Source of the DNA: Elusimicrobiota bacterium
GTDB lineage: Bacteria > Elusimicrobiota > Elusimicrobia > UBA1565 > UBA9628
Assembly (NCBI GenBank): GCA_027452025.1
Contig: DAIDHI010000080.1
Coordinates: 58-64,057, forward strand
Length of the DNA stretch: 64,000 bases
Reading direction: 5' to 3'
The stretch's first letter is position 1; the number at the start of each line of letters is the position of its first letter. The notes beneath the pieces are model-generated. The model saw only the letters and a list, made by a program, of their open reading frames with translations, searched no databases and had not been told where the DNA came from. Both the position numbers and the translations under genes were made by a program. This document shows, one piece after another, positions 22,424 to 30,629 of the stretch.

Positions 22424-23697
22424 ACCTTCGAGAACGCCCGGCGGGCGGCCAGGATCGTGCGGTCGACGTCCTTGGGCCGATGAGCCGCCGACAAGAAGGC
22501 CGCCTCGAATTGCGCGGGCGGGAAATAGACGCCCTCCCGGAGCATCGCGTTGAAGAAGCGCGCGTAGCGCTTGGCGTCGGCCTTCTTGGCCGACGCGTAG
22601 TCAAAGACGGGAGAGTCGCAGAAAAAGACCGTGAACATGGAGCCGGCGGAGTTGACCCGCACCGGCACCTTGGCCGCGCGCGCGGCGCCCAGCAGGCCGG
22701 CGACGAGCCGCGTCGTGGCTTCGTTGAGGCCCCGGTAGGGCCGGTCGCGGCGCAGCAGGCGCAGGCACTCGAGGCCGGCGGCCACGGCGACGGGGTTACC
22801 GGAAAGCGTGCCGGCTTGATAAACGGGGCCGAGGGGCGCCACGAGCTCCATGATCTCGCGCCGTCCGCCGTAGGCCGCCAGCGGCAGGCCGCCTCCGACG
22901 ATCTTGCCGAGAGTCGTCAGATCCGGCGTGATGCCCAGGGCGTTTTGCGCCCCGCCGTAGCAAAGGCGAAAGCCGGTGATCACCTCGTCGAAGATGAGCA
23001 GGGCCTTGTGCCTCTTCGTCAGCGCGCGCAGCCCCTCGAGAAAGCCGGGCCTCGGCAGCACGACGCCCATATTGCCCACGAAGGGCTCGACGATGACGGC
23101 GGCGATCTTGCCGCCGAGCTTGGAAAACGTCCGACGCGCCGCCTCGAGATCGTTGTAGGGCAGGGTCAGGGTGGTCCGGGCCCAGGCGGCGGGCACTCCC
23201 GCGGAGTCCGGCACCCCGAGCGTCGTCGCCCCCGAGCCGGCCTGCACCAGCAGGCTGTCCACGTGGCCGTGATAGCAGCCCGAGAACTTCACGATCAGGT
23301 CCCGCGAGGTCGCGGCCCGCGCCACCCGCAGCGCGCTCATCACGGCCTCGGTGCCGGAGCTCGTCAGCCGCACGCGCTCCAAGGACGGGATCGCGCGCCG
23401 CAGCTCCTCGGCGAGCTCCACTTCGGCCTCGGTGGCCGCGCCGAACGTCGAGCCCCGCCGCAGCGCCTTGGCCGCCGCGGCGGCGATCTCCGGCCGCGCG
23501 TGGCCCAGGATCAGCGGCCCCCAGGAGAGGCAGTAGTCGATGTAAGCGCGGCCGTCGGCGTCGACGAGCCGGCAGCCTGAGCCTTCGACGGCGAAGCGCG
23601 GCGCGCCCCCCACGGCCCTGAAGGCCCGCACCGGGGAATTGACGCCGCCGACGAGGACTTTTTGCGCGCGAGAAAAGAGCTTTTGGGACCGGGTCAT
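22420..23697 (-). CDS. hemL: glutamate-1-semialdehyde 2,1-aminomutase
   Basis: MTRSQKLFSRAQKVLVGGVNSPVRAF..., LIFDEVITGFR, TLGKIVGGGLPLAAYGG (PLP-Lys). ATG 23697 is preferred over the listed 23736. Confidence 0.9.
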   Translation of the reverse strand: MTRSQKLFSRAQKVLVGGVNSPVRAFRAVGGAPRFAVEGSGCRLVDADGRAYIDYCLSWGPLILGHARPEIAAAAAKALRRGSTFGAATEAEVELAEELRRAIPSLERVRLTSSGTEAVMSALRVARAATSRDLIVKFSGCYHGHVDSLLVQAGSGATTLGVPDSAGVPAAWARTTLTLPYNDLEAARRTFSKLGGKIAAVIVEPFVGNMGVVLPRPGFLEGLRALTKRHKALLIFDEVITGFRLCYGGAQNALGITPDLTTLGKIVGGGLPLAAYGGRREIMELVAPLGPVYQAGTLSGNPVAVAAGLECLRLLRRDRPYRGLNEATTRLVAGLLGAARAAKVPVRVNSAGSMFTVFFCDSPVFDYASAKKADAKRYARFFNAMLREGVYFPPAQFEAAFLSAAHRPKDVDRTILAARRAFSKV

Positions 23698-23773
23698 AGG
23701 GCCTAAGGTACAATAAATAAGGAGGGTACGGGCCATGGTCCCGATCGGCGCGGTGCGGCGTTATCTGGACGCG

Positions 23774-24478
23774 ATGTCGTTTCGCCTCAAGCAGGCCGAG
23801 GAGCGCGCCCAATGGAACGCGTTTCCTTTCGTGACGATCTCCCGCCGCGCGGGGGCGGGCGGCCGCAGCCTGGCCGCGGCGCTCGAGGGCGAGATGCGCT
23901 CGCGCAGCCGCGATGACCCCGCTCTATTCCTCGACTGGCACGTCTTCGACGAGACCCTCCTGCGGCTGCTCACGGAGCATCCGGGCTCCAAGACCCGCTT
24001 CGAAGAGCTCCTGGCCGAGGAATACCGCTCGAAGGCGCAGGATTACGTGCACCAGCTCCTCACGGGCGGCCCGCCCCAGGATCTCGTGCTCGCCCGGGTC
24101 TTTCACTCGCTGCGCGCCGTGGCGGGCTTCGGCAAGGCCCTCATCATCGGCCGCAGCGGCGCCTGCCTGACGCGCGACCTGCACAAGGGCGTGCACGTCA
24201 GGCTGGTCGGCAGCGAGAAGCCGTGCGTGGACCGGCTCAGGGAGCGTTACGGCCTCGACGAAGGCGAAGCCCGCCGGCGCCGGCTCCAGCTCGACGCCTC
24301 CCGCGCCAGGCTCGTCGCGGCGTATTTCGAGCGCGACATCGACGACCCGCTGCTTTACGACTGCGTCTGGAACACCGATCGCGTCTCCTTCGAGGAGATC
24401 GCGCGGGCGGTTTGCGACCGTGTGGAGGAGAAGGCGCGGGCCTACTCGGTCAGCCAGCGCGCCGCTTCGAGCGCGTAA
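23774..24478 (+). CDS. cytidylate-kinase-like family protein (Cytidylate_kin2-type)
   Basis: [19 protein letters not shown] degenerate P-loop and overall pattern of the cytidylate kinase-like family. The start is either 23735 or 23774, and 23774 leaves room for the divergent promoter. Confidence 0.55.
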   Translation: MSFRLKQAEERAQWNAFPFVTISRRAGAGGRSLAAALEGEMRSRSRDDPALFLDWHVFDETLLRLLTEHPGSKTRFEELLAEEYRSKAQDYVHQLLTGGPPQDLVLARVFHSLRAVAGFGKALIIGRSGACLTRDLHKGVHVRLVGSEKPCVDRLRERYGLDEGEARRRRLQLDASRARLVAAYFERDIDDPLLYDCVWNTDRVSFEEIARAVCDRVEEKARAYSVSQRAASSA

Positions 24479-25416
24479 TAGGTGAGGATGAAGTCCGCCC
24501 CGGCGCGCTTGATCGAGCCGAGGGCTTCCAGGGCGATCTTTTTCTCGTCGATCCAGCCGTTCTTGGCGGCCGCCTTGATCATGGAGAACTCGCCCGAGAC
24601 CTGGTAGGCCGACGTGGGCAGGCCGAAGCGCTCGCGCACGGCGGCCAGCACGTCGAGGTAAGGCAGAGCCGGCTTGACCATGATCATGTCCGCGCCCTCC
24701 TCCACGTCGAGGGCGGCCTCGCGCAGGGCCTCGCGGAAATTGCCCGGGTCCATTTGATAGGTCGAGCGGTCGCCGAACTGCGGCGGAGACTCGGCGGCGT
24801 CTCGGAAAGGGCCGTAGAAGGCGCTGGCGTACTTGGCCGCGTAGGCGAGGATCGGCGTGTCGGCGAATCCCGCGCAGTCCAGCGCCCGCCTGATCGCCGC
24901 CACCTGCCCGTCCATCATACCCGAGGGCGCCACGACGTCGAAGCCGGCCTGGGCCTGGGAGACGGCCGTCTTGGCCGCCAGCTCCAGCGTCGGATCGTTG
25001 AGGACGCGGCCCTTCTCCACGATGCCGCAGTGCCCGTGATCGGTGTATTCGCAAAAGCAGAGATCGGCGATGACGCAAAGCTCCGGATGCCGGTCCTTGA
25101 CCGCGCGCGCCGCGCGCTGGACGATGCCGTCCTTGGCATAGGCGCCGCTGGCCTTGGCGTCCTTCTTGTCCGGGATGCCGAAGAGGATGACGGCCGGAAT
25201 CCCCAGCTTGACGACGGCGTCGGCCGCCTTGACGGCCTCGTCGACGGAATACTGGAAGTGGCCCGGCATGGACGCGATCGGCCGCTTTTCGCTCTTGCCG
25301 GGGCGCACGAAGAGCGGAAGGACGAAGTCCGTCGGGTGCAGGCGAGTCTCGCGCACCAGGCGCCGCAGGGCGGCAGCCGCGCGCAGGCGGCGCGGGCGAG
25401 TCGTGGGAAAGGCCAT
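24442..25416 (-). CDS. hemB: porphobilinogen synthase (delta-aminolevulinate dehydratase)
   Basis: RPRRLR..., [14 protein letters not shown] (Zn-type Cys motif), [17 protein letters not shown] and KPALPYLD active-site Lys blocks. Confidence 0.92.
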   Translation of the reverse strand: MAFPTTRPRRLRAAAALRRLVRETRLHPTDFVLPLFVRPGKSEKRPIASMPGHFQYSVDEAVKAADAVVKLGIPAVILFGIPDKKDAKASGAYAKDGIVQRAARAVKDRHPELCVIADLCFCEYTDHGHCGIVEKGRVLNDPTLELAAKTAVSQAQAGFDVVAPSGMMDGQVAAIRRALDCAGFADTPILAYAAKYASAFYGPFRDAAESPPQFGDRSTYQMDPGNFREALREAALDVEEGADMIMVKPALPYLDVLAAVRERFGLPTSAYQVSGEFSMIKAAAKNGWIDEKKIALEALGSIKRAGADFILTYYALEAARWLTE

Positions 25417-25436
25417 CTCGCCGTCATTTTACTATA

Positions 25437-26876
25437 ATGGTCCGCCCCATGAAAGAAGCCTTCACTTTCCACGATGTCCTCCTTGTCCCGAAGCGCTCCT
25501 CGATCCGCTCGCGCCGCGACGTCGACACCTCCGGGCGTTTCTCCAAGAACATCGCCCTGGAATGCCCCATCGTCTCCGCGAACATGGATACGGTCACGGA
25601 GGCGAAGATGGCCATCGCGCTCGCGCAGGCCGGGGGCCTGGGCGTCATCCACCGTTTTCTGACGATCGAGGAGCAGGTGGCCGAGGTGGCCAAGGTCAAG
25701 CGCGCCGAGAACATCGTCATCGAGAAGCCTTACACGGTGGGGCCCGACAACAGCGTGGATTTCGCCAGGCGCCTGATGGCCGAGCAGGAGGTTGGCGGCC
25801 TGCTGGTCGTCGACGCCGGGCAAAAGCTGCTGGGCATCGTCACCTCGCGCGACCTGCAGTTCCAAAAAGACGACACCCTCCCGATCAAGCGCGTAATGTC
25901 CAAGAAGCTCGTCACCGGCAAGGTCGGCCTGGACCTCGAGGAAGCCCAGGATATCCTGCGCGAGCACAAGATCGAGAAGCTTCCTCTCATCGACAAGGAC
26001 GGCAAGCTCGCCGGCCTCATCACCGCCAAGGACATCCGCAAGAAGAAGCACCATCCGCACGCCTCCAAGGACAAGAAGGGGCGGCTGATGGCCGGCGCCG
26101 CGGTGGGGGTCGTCGGGGATTTCATGGAGCGCTCCTCCGCGCTCATCGCGGCCGGCGCCGACGTCCTGGTCGTCGACGTGGCGCACGGCCATGCCGACCA
26201 CGTCATCGACGTCGTCAGGAAGATCAAGCGCAAGTGGCCGGGCGCGGAACTGGTGGCCGGAAACGTGGCGACTTACGAGGGCGCCAAGGACCTGGCCGGC
26301 GCCGGCGCCGACGGCGTCAAGGTAGGCGTCGGGCCGGGCTCGATCTGCAGCACCCGCATCGTCTCCGGCTCGGGGCTGCCGCAGCTCTCCGCCGTCATGG
26401 AGTGCGCCAAGATCACCCGCGAGCGCGGCATCCCGGTCTGCGCCGACGGCGGCATCCGGGACTCCGGAGACATCGCCAAGGCCCTGGCCGCGGGAGCTTC
26501 CTGCGTCATGCTCGGCTCTCTTTTTGCCGGCACCGAGGAAAGCCCGGGCTGGACCGTGGTGCGCGACGGAGCACGCTACAAGGTCTACCGGGGCATGGCC
26601 TCCCTGGGAGCGACGTTGTCGCGCAAGCGCAAGGAGCGCTCCGACGACGAGCTGGATCCCATCGAAGTGGCCGAGGTCGTGCCCGAGGGGGTGGAGTCCA
26701 TGGCGCCCTTCAAGGGTCCGGTGGCCGACGTGCTCTACCAGCTCCAGGGCGGCCTTCGCTCCGGCATGAGCTACTCCGGGGCGCGCACGCTCAAGGAGTT
26801 CTGGGACAACTCGGAGTTCGTCCGGATCACCGCCGCCGCTTGGGCGGAGTCGCGGCCGCATCATCTCGACCGCTGA
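25437..26876 (+). CDS. guaB: IMP dehydrogenase
   Basis: [10 protein letters not shown], a CBS pair, [14 protein letters not shown] catalytic Cys loop, [21 protein letters not shown]. An alternative start at ATG 25449 sits just downstream of ACTATAAT. Confidence 0.92.
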   Translation: MVRPMKEAFTFHDVLLVPKRSSIRSRRDVDTSGRFSKNIALECPIVSANMDTVTEAKMAIALAQAGGLGVIHRFLTIEEQVAEVAKVKRAENIVIEKPYTVGPDNSVDFARRLMAEQEVGGLLVVDAGQKLLGIVTSRDLQFQKDDTLPIKRVMSKKLVTGKVGLDLEEAQDILREHKIEKLPLIDKDGKLAGLITAKDIRKKKHHPHASKDKKGRLMAGAAVGVVGDFMERSSALIAAGADVLVVDVAHGHADHVIDVVRKIKRKWPGAELVAGNVATYEGAKDLAGAGADGVKVGVGPGSICSTRIVSGSGLPQLSAVMECAKITRERGIPVCADGGIRDSGDIAKALAAGASCVMLGSLFAGTEESPGWTVVRDGARYKVYRGMASLGATLSRKRKERSDDELDPIEVAEVVPEGVESMAPFKGPVADVLYQLQGGLRSGMSYSGARTLKEFWDNSEFVRITAAAWAESRPHHLDR

Positions 26877-28197
26877 AGAGCGGAGAAAGCTCCGGAAACG
26901 CTTCCAGCAGCTGCTCGCCGCGCAAGCGGTCCAGCCTCGCCGTCATCGAGCGCAACGCCTCGAGCTCTCCGCGGCAATCGTCGCGCGAATTCAAAAAGGC
27001 AAGCGCCGACCGAAACGGCGCCGCCGCGGCCTCACCCAAGGGCTCGAGGCGGTCGACGTAGGCCCGGTAAGCATCGATGGCGCGCTCCAGCAGCTCCGGG
27101 CCGAGGACGTGCGCCCGGTAATAGCGCGGCCAGCGCAGGGCTTTGATGCGCATGCCGTCCGCGGCCAGGTAGCCTTTTTCAACCCAGTCGCGGTGAAAAT
27201 TGGGCAGGTGGAGCGCGTTAAAGACGCTCAGCGTCGAGGCCACGGCGAAATCCACCCGGGGGCACTCACGCATGAGGCGCTTGCGGTTGTCCACTATGCC
27301 GTCCCACTTCTGCCCTTTGCGCAGGTACTGCGCCCGCGCGCCCATGGCATCGAGGCTGGCGACAACGCGCACTTCGCGGAACTTCGTCCAATAGCGCAAG
27401 GCGTCCCGGGAGCCCAGGCGCAGCGTGGAAAAGTTGGTCGTGTAGAACAAGGCGACGTCGAAGCGCCTGCGCGACGCCAGGTAGTCGAGGACGTCGTAAT
27501 GCTCGCGGGCCAGAAGAGGCTCTCCCGCGCCGCCGAATTGGATCGTGTGAGCCTCGTCGAGATGCGGCTTGAGGACCTCCAAGAAGCGCGCGCCCCGCGC
27601 CCCGGGCTCGATGAGCCTGGGCCGGGGGACCTTGCCGAGACGCTCGCCCGCCATGGCCGCCAGGTCGGGATACCAGCCCGAGCTGAGCTCGGGGTTGCAG
27701 GTCCGGCAGCTGTAGTTGCAAAGGTTGGAAAAGGTCAGGTGCAGGTAGCGCAGACGGGGATCGCGGAGGCCGCCGTCCTTCCTTGTCTGCGCGACCGCGT
27801 CGAAAAAACCGGAGAACCGGTCGTTGGCCCAATTGCGCATGCTGTACCAGCCGAAGCTCTCATGGGCCTGGCAGCGCTCGCATTGCGCAAGCCTCTTGCC
27901 CGCCAGCATGTCCCGGCGCGCCTTCTTGAGGGTTGGCTGGTTGAGAAAGCCGTCCGCGCGCAGGCCCTCCAAGCGCCCCAGGGACTTGCCTCGCGCGTCC
28001 CAGCGGCAGCACGGCGCCAGCCCCCCGTCGGCGAGGTTGCGCACGGCGAGCCAGGGCAGTATGCAGAAGCCCGGCGCTCGTTTAAGCGCGGCGTCGGGGC
28101 TCAGGCCTTCTTCAGGAGCTTGTTCTTGCAGAGTTGCTCGACCAGTGACCCAATCTCCGCCTCGGCCGCGGCGCCAGACACCTCGAAGAGACCGCAA
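26827..28197 (-). CDS. radical SAM protein with N-terminal Cys-rich (twitch-like) domain
   Basis: N-terminal FCILPW...PCC...CERC block, then the radical SAM motif CNYSCRTC (Cx3Cx2C). The listed TTG start (28197) overlaps the PqqD gene by 97 nt. A CTG at 28104 would overlap the PqqD stop as CTGA. Confidence 0.75.
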   Translation of the reverse strand: MRSLRGVWRRGRGGDWVTGRATLQEQAPEEGLSPDAALKRAPGFCILPWLAVRNLADGGLAPCCRWDARGKSLGRLEGLRADGFLNQPTLKKARRDMLAGKRLAQCERCQAHESFGWYSMRNWANDRFSGFFDAVAQTRKDGGLRDPRLRYLHLTFSNLCNYSCRTCNPELSSGWYPDLAAMAGERLGKVPRPRLIEPGARGARFLEVLKPHLDEAHTIQFGGAGEPLLAREHYDVLDYLASRRRFDVALFYTTNFSTLRLGSRDALRYWTKFREVRVVASLDAMGARAQYLRKGQKWDGIVDNRKRLMRECPRVDFAVASTLSVFNALHLPNFHRDWVEKGYLAADGMRIKALRWPRYYRAHVLGPELLERAIDAYRAYVDRLEPLGEAAAAPFRSALAFLNSRDDCRGELEALRSMTARLDRLRGEQLLEAFPELSPLFSGRDDAAATPPKRRR

Positions 28198-28373
28198 AGC
28201 TCGTCGCGAGCCTCGGCCAGCGACAGGCCGCGGGTGAGGGAGTCCCAGATGGCCGCGCCCGTCTCATTGAGCGAGAAATAAGCGCTCGTGTCGGTGTCGA
28301 GGATCACCGTCTCTTTATCGACCTTCCTGAAGGCCACGTTATCAGGAATCTGGAACTTGTCGTTGAGCGTCAT
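28101..28373 (-). CDS. PqqD-family peptide-binding protein (RiPP recognition element-like)
   Basis: 90 aa. VAFRKVDKETVILDTDTSAYFSLNETGAAIWDSL...EIGSLVEQLCKNKLL follows the PqqD pattern. Confidence 0.75.
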   Translation of the reverse strand: MTLNDKFQIPDNVAFRKVDKETVILDTDTSAYFSLNETGAAIWDSLTRGLSLAEARDELCGLFEVSGAAAEAEIGSLVEQLCKNKLLKKA

Positions 28374-28385
28374 GTCGACCGGAGT

Positions 28386-29597
28386 CTACCTAAATATGGA
28401 TAACCGCAGGTAGGCCAGCGCGGCCGCCTCCCAGCGATAACGCGGCGAGCGCGCCAAGGCCGCCGCCCCGAGCCGCCGGCGCAAAGGGGCGTCTCGAAGC
28501 AGGCGCTCCAGCCCGGCGGCGAGCGCCGCCGGGTCCTTGGGCGCGACGAGCAGGCCCGTGCGCCCGTCCTGGACTACGTGGGCCAGCCCGCCGACGCGCG
28601 TCGCCAGGACGGGCTTCGCGCAGGCCATGGCTTCGACGGCGGCCATGCCGAATATCTCGAAGCGAGACGGCAGGACGAGGAAAAGGCACCGGCGCATCAA
28701 GGCGCGCAAGGCGGGGCGCTCGACGAGGCCTAAAAACCGCACGCGCCGGCCAAGGCCCAGCTTGGCGGCCAGCGACTGGAAATAGCCGTCGAAATGATCC
28801 GGGCCGCAGAGCACGAGCGTAACCCCGGGGAATCGCGCGCACACATCGCGCCAGGCGAGCAGCAGCAGGTCGATGCCTTTGTAGTAGTGAAGCCGCGCCG
28901 CGCAAAGGATGAAGCGCGAGCCCGCAGGCAGCGGAAGCGGCGCCGGGCGGCCCCGAAACTCGCCGGGGTCGAAGCCCGACGGCACGACGGCGACGCGGCG
29001 CGAGGCTCCGTCCGTGCGGCGGATGTCCTCGGCCACCGAGGGCGAGATCACGGTGACCCAGGCCGCGCGCCGAAACGCTTCGTCGAGAAGCCGCCAGCGC
29101 CGGCCGCGCTGAGGACGCTCGCCGGTGACCCGGTCCCAGGAATGAAAGGTCAGGCCTACGGGCACGCGGCGCGCCGAGCAGGCCCGCCAAAGCGCCGTGA
29201 GCTGGTTGTCTCGGAAGCAGCGCATGACGTGAAGATGGATCATGTCGGGCCGGAAGTCCGCGAGGGCCGAGGACAGCTGCGCGAAGATGCGCCGGCCGCG
29301 CCGGCGACGCTGCGAGCCGTTGCCCCCGAGGCGCCAGAAGCGGCCCCAGGGCCTGTCCTCGAAAAACGGCAGCCGCGCGCCGGGCGCCAACTGCGCCGCG
29401 GCGGCGACCGGGCAGCCGAGCTTGGCATAACCCGCGGCGAGGCCTGCGATGGTGGACTCGGCCGTCGGATCGCCGGCGAGGAACTCGGCGCAGATGAAAA
29501 CGCGGGGCCGGGCTAGGGGAGGACGGCCAGGGCGATGCCGGCCTGCGTGGCCAAATAGGTCAACGCGCCGTGGACCACCAGCACCGGCTTGAGCCAA
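28386..29597 (-). CDS. glycosyltransferase family 4 (GT-B, group 1)
   Basis: The C-terminal half carries the GT4 signature (LVLPSRFEIFGMAAVEAMACAKPVLATRVGGLAHVVQDGRTGLLV). The start is unresolved. High-GC3 coding in this frame begins only at ~29516, where there is no ATG/GTG/TTG, and the nearest canonical start is TTG 29597, inside the small ORF. Confidence 0.7.
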   Translation of the reverse strand: MAQAGAGGPRRVDLFGHAGRHRPGRPPLARPRVFICAEFLAGDPTAESTIAGLAAGYAKLGCPVAAAAQLAPGARLPFFEDRPWGRFWRLGGNGSQRRRRGRRIFAQLSSALADFRPDMIHLHVMRCFRDNQLTALWRACSARRVPVGLTFHSWDRVTGERPQRGRRWRLLDEAFRRAAWVTVISPSVAEDIRRTDGASRRVAVVPSGFDPGEFRGRPAPLPLPAGSRFILCAARLHYYKGIDLLLLAWRDVCARFPGVTLVLCGPDHFDGYFQSLAAKLGLGRRVRFLGLVERPALRALMRRCLFLVLPSRFEIFGMAAVEAMACAKPVLATRVGGLAHVVQDGRTGLLVAPKDPAALAAGLERLLRDAPLRRRLGAAALARSPRYRWEAAALAYLRLSIFR

Positions 29598-29635
29598 GGG
29601 CGCCTCTTGCGCTTCTTGTCCTTTCCCTTGGCCAT
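29513..29635 (-). CDS. 40-aa small ORF (candidate precursor peptide or membrane anchor): MAKGKDKKRKRRPWLKPVLVVHGALTYLATQAGIALAVLP
   Basis: Not in the supplied ORF track. It has an ATG start and a TAG stop, and 37 of 40 codons end in G/C by hand count, against roughly half in the overlapping GT4 frame. It lies between the GT2 and GT4 genes of the PqqD/radical SAM operon. The SD (GAGG) abuts the ATG, which is a weak context. Confidence 0.5.
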   Translation of the reverse strand: MAKGKDKKRKRRPWLKPVLVVHGALTYLATQAGIALAVLP

Positions 29636-29653
29636 CCTCGGAATTAAAGCAGG

Positions 29654-30622
29654 TCACGGGGCCCCTGTCAACGCCAGGACGCCTCGCAGAGCGGGAGAGG
29701 CGAAATAAGGGTGCGCCGCGGCGCGCGAAAGCCACTCGCGCGCCCGCGGCCCGTCGCCGCTTTTGAGGCAGAGACCGGCCATCGCCGCGTAGAACTGCGC
29801 CGGCGCGGGATGTCCCTTGACGGCCTCGGCGTAGCGCCTGATGGCCAGGTCGAAGCGTCCGGCGGCGGCGTGCCGGGCCGCCAGCCACTCCGCGCGGTCC
29901 CAAGGGTGGCTGTCGGGCAGCGGAAAGCGCGCGAGACGAGAGCCCCATTTCTCGAAGAACTTCAAGCGCGCCGCCCCGGAGTCCGGATTGCGCCGCAGAT
30001 GGTCGTGGATCACGGCGCTGCCGCCGTGATAGAGGACGGCGAGCCCCTTCAAGCGAGCCCTCAGGCAATAGTCGAGGTCCTCGAACTGGCAAGGGAAGAA
30101 CCTCTCGTCGAACGGACCGACGCGCGAAAACAGCGAGCGGCGCATGAGCCAGCAGGCGCCGATCACGCTTTCGCAGCGGCGGGTGTAGTCGCGCTGGCCC
30201 AGGTCGCGCTCTTCCTCCCCGGCGTTGCGGCTCCACGGAGAGCCCATCTCCGCGGCGTTGATCGTGCCGTCCGGCCGCGCCACCTTGCAGCCGACGATGA
30301 CGGCCTTACGGTCGCCCTCGGCGGCCCGGAGCATCCCTTCCAGCCAGCCAGCCGTGGCGCGGGCATCGTCATCGAGCAGGACCACCCAATCAGAGCGGAG
30401 TCGCCCGCGGACGGCGTTGACGGCGCCGGAAAATCCCAGGTTGCGGCGGTGGCGAACCGCCTCGACGTCGGCGCCTCGCAGCCACGACGCCGTTCCGTCG
30501 CGGGAGGCGTTGTCGACGATGATCAGCCGGTGCGGGACGGCCCGCGTGTGGCGTCGGACCGATTGCACGCACGACGCCAGAGCCCGTCTGGCGTCGTGCG
30601 TGACCACGACGATGTCGATCAT
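29654..30622 (-). CDS. glycosyltransferase family 2 with C-terminal helical-repeat tail
   Basis: MIDIVVVTHDA...LIIVDNASRDGT...VVLLDDDA (DxD) GT-A pattern. GAGGAG SD overlaps the upstream stop. Confidence 0.8.
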   Translation of the reverse strand: MIDIVVVTHDARRALASCVQSVRRHTRAVPHRLIIVDNASRDGTASWLRGADVEAVRHRRNLGFSGAVNAVRGRLRSDWVVLLDDDARATAGWLEGMLRAAEGDRKAVIVGCKVARPDGTINAAEMGSPWSRNAGEEERDLGQRDYTRRCESVIGACWLMRRSLFSRVGPFDERFFPCQFEDLDYCLRARLKGLAVLYHGGSAVIHDHLRRNPDSGAARLKFFEKWGSRLARFPLPDSHPWDRAEWLAARHAAAGRFDLAIRRYAEAVKGHPAPAQFYAAMAGLCLKSGDGPRAREWLSRAAAHPYFASPALRGVLALTGAP

Positions 30623-30629
30623 CGGCTCC

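Noticed and set aside
24915-26864. 649-aa minus-strand ORF and 635-aa plus-strand ORF 25154-27061
   Set aside because: They overlap hemB and guaB in wrong frames or on the antisense strand. The translations are Arg/Gly/Pro-rich junk.
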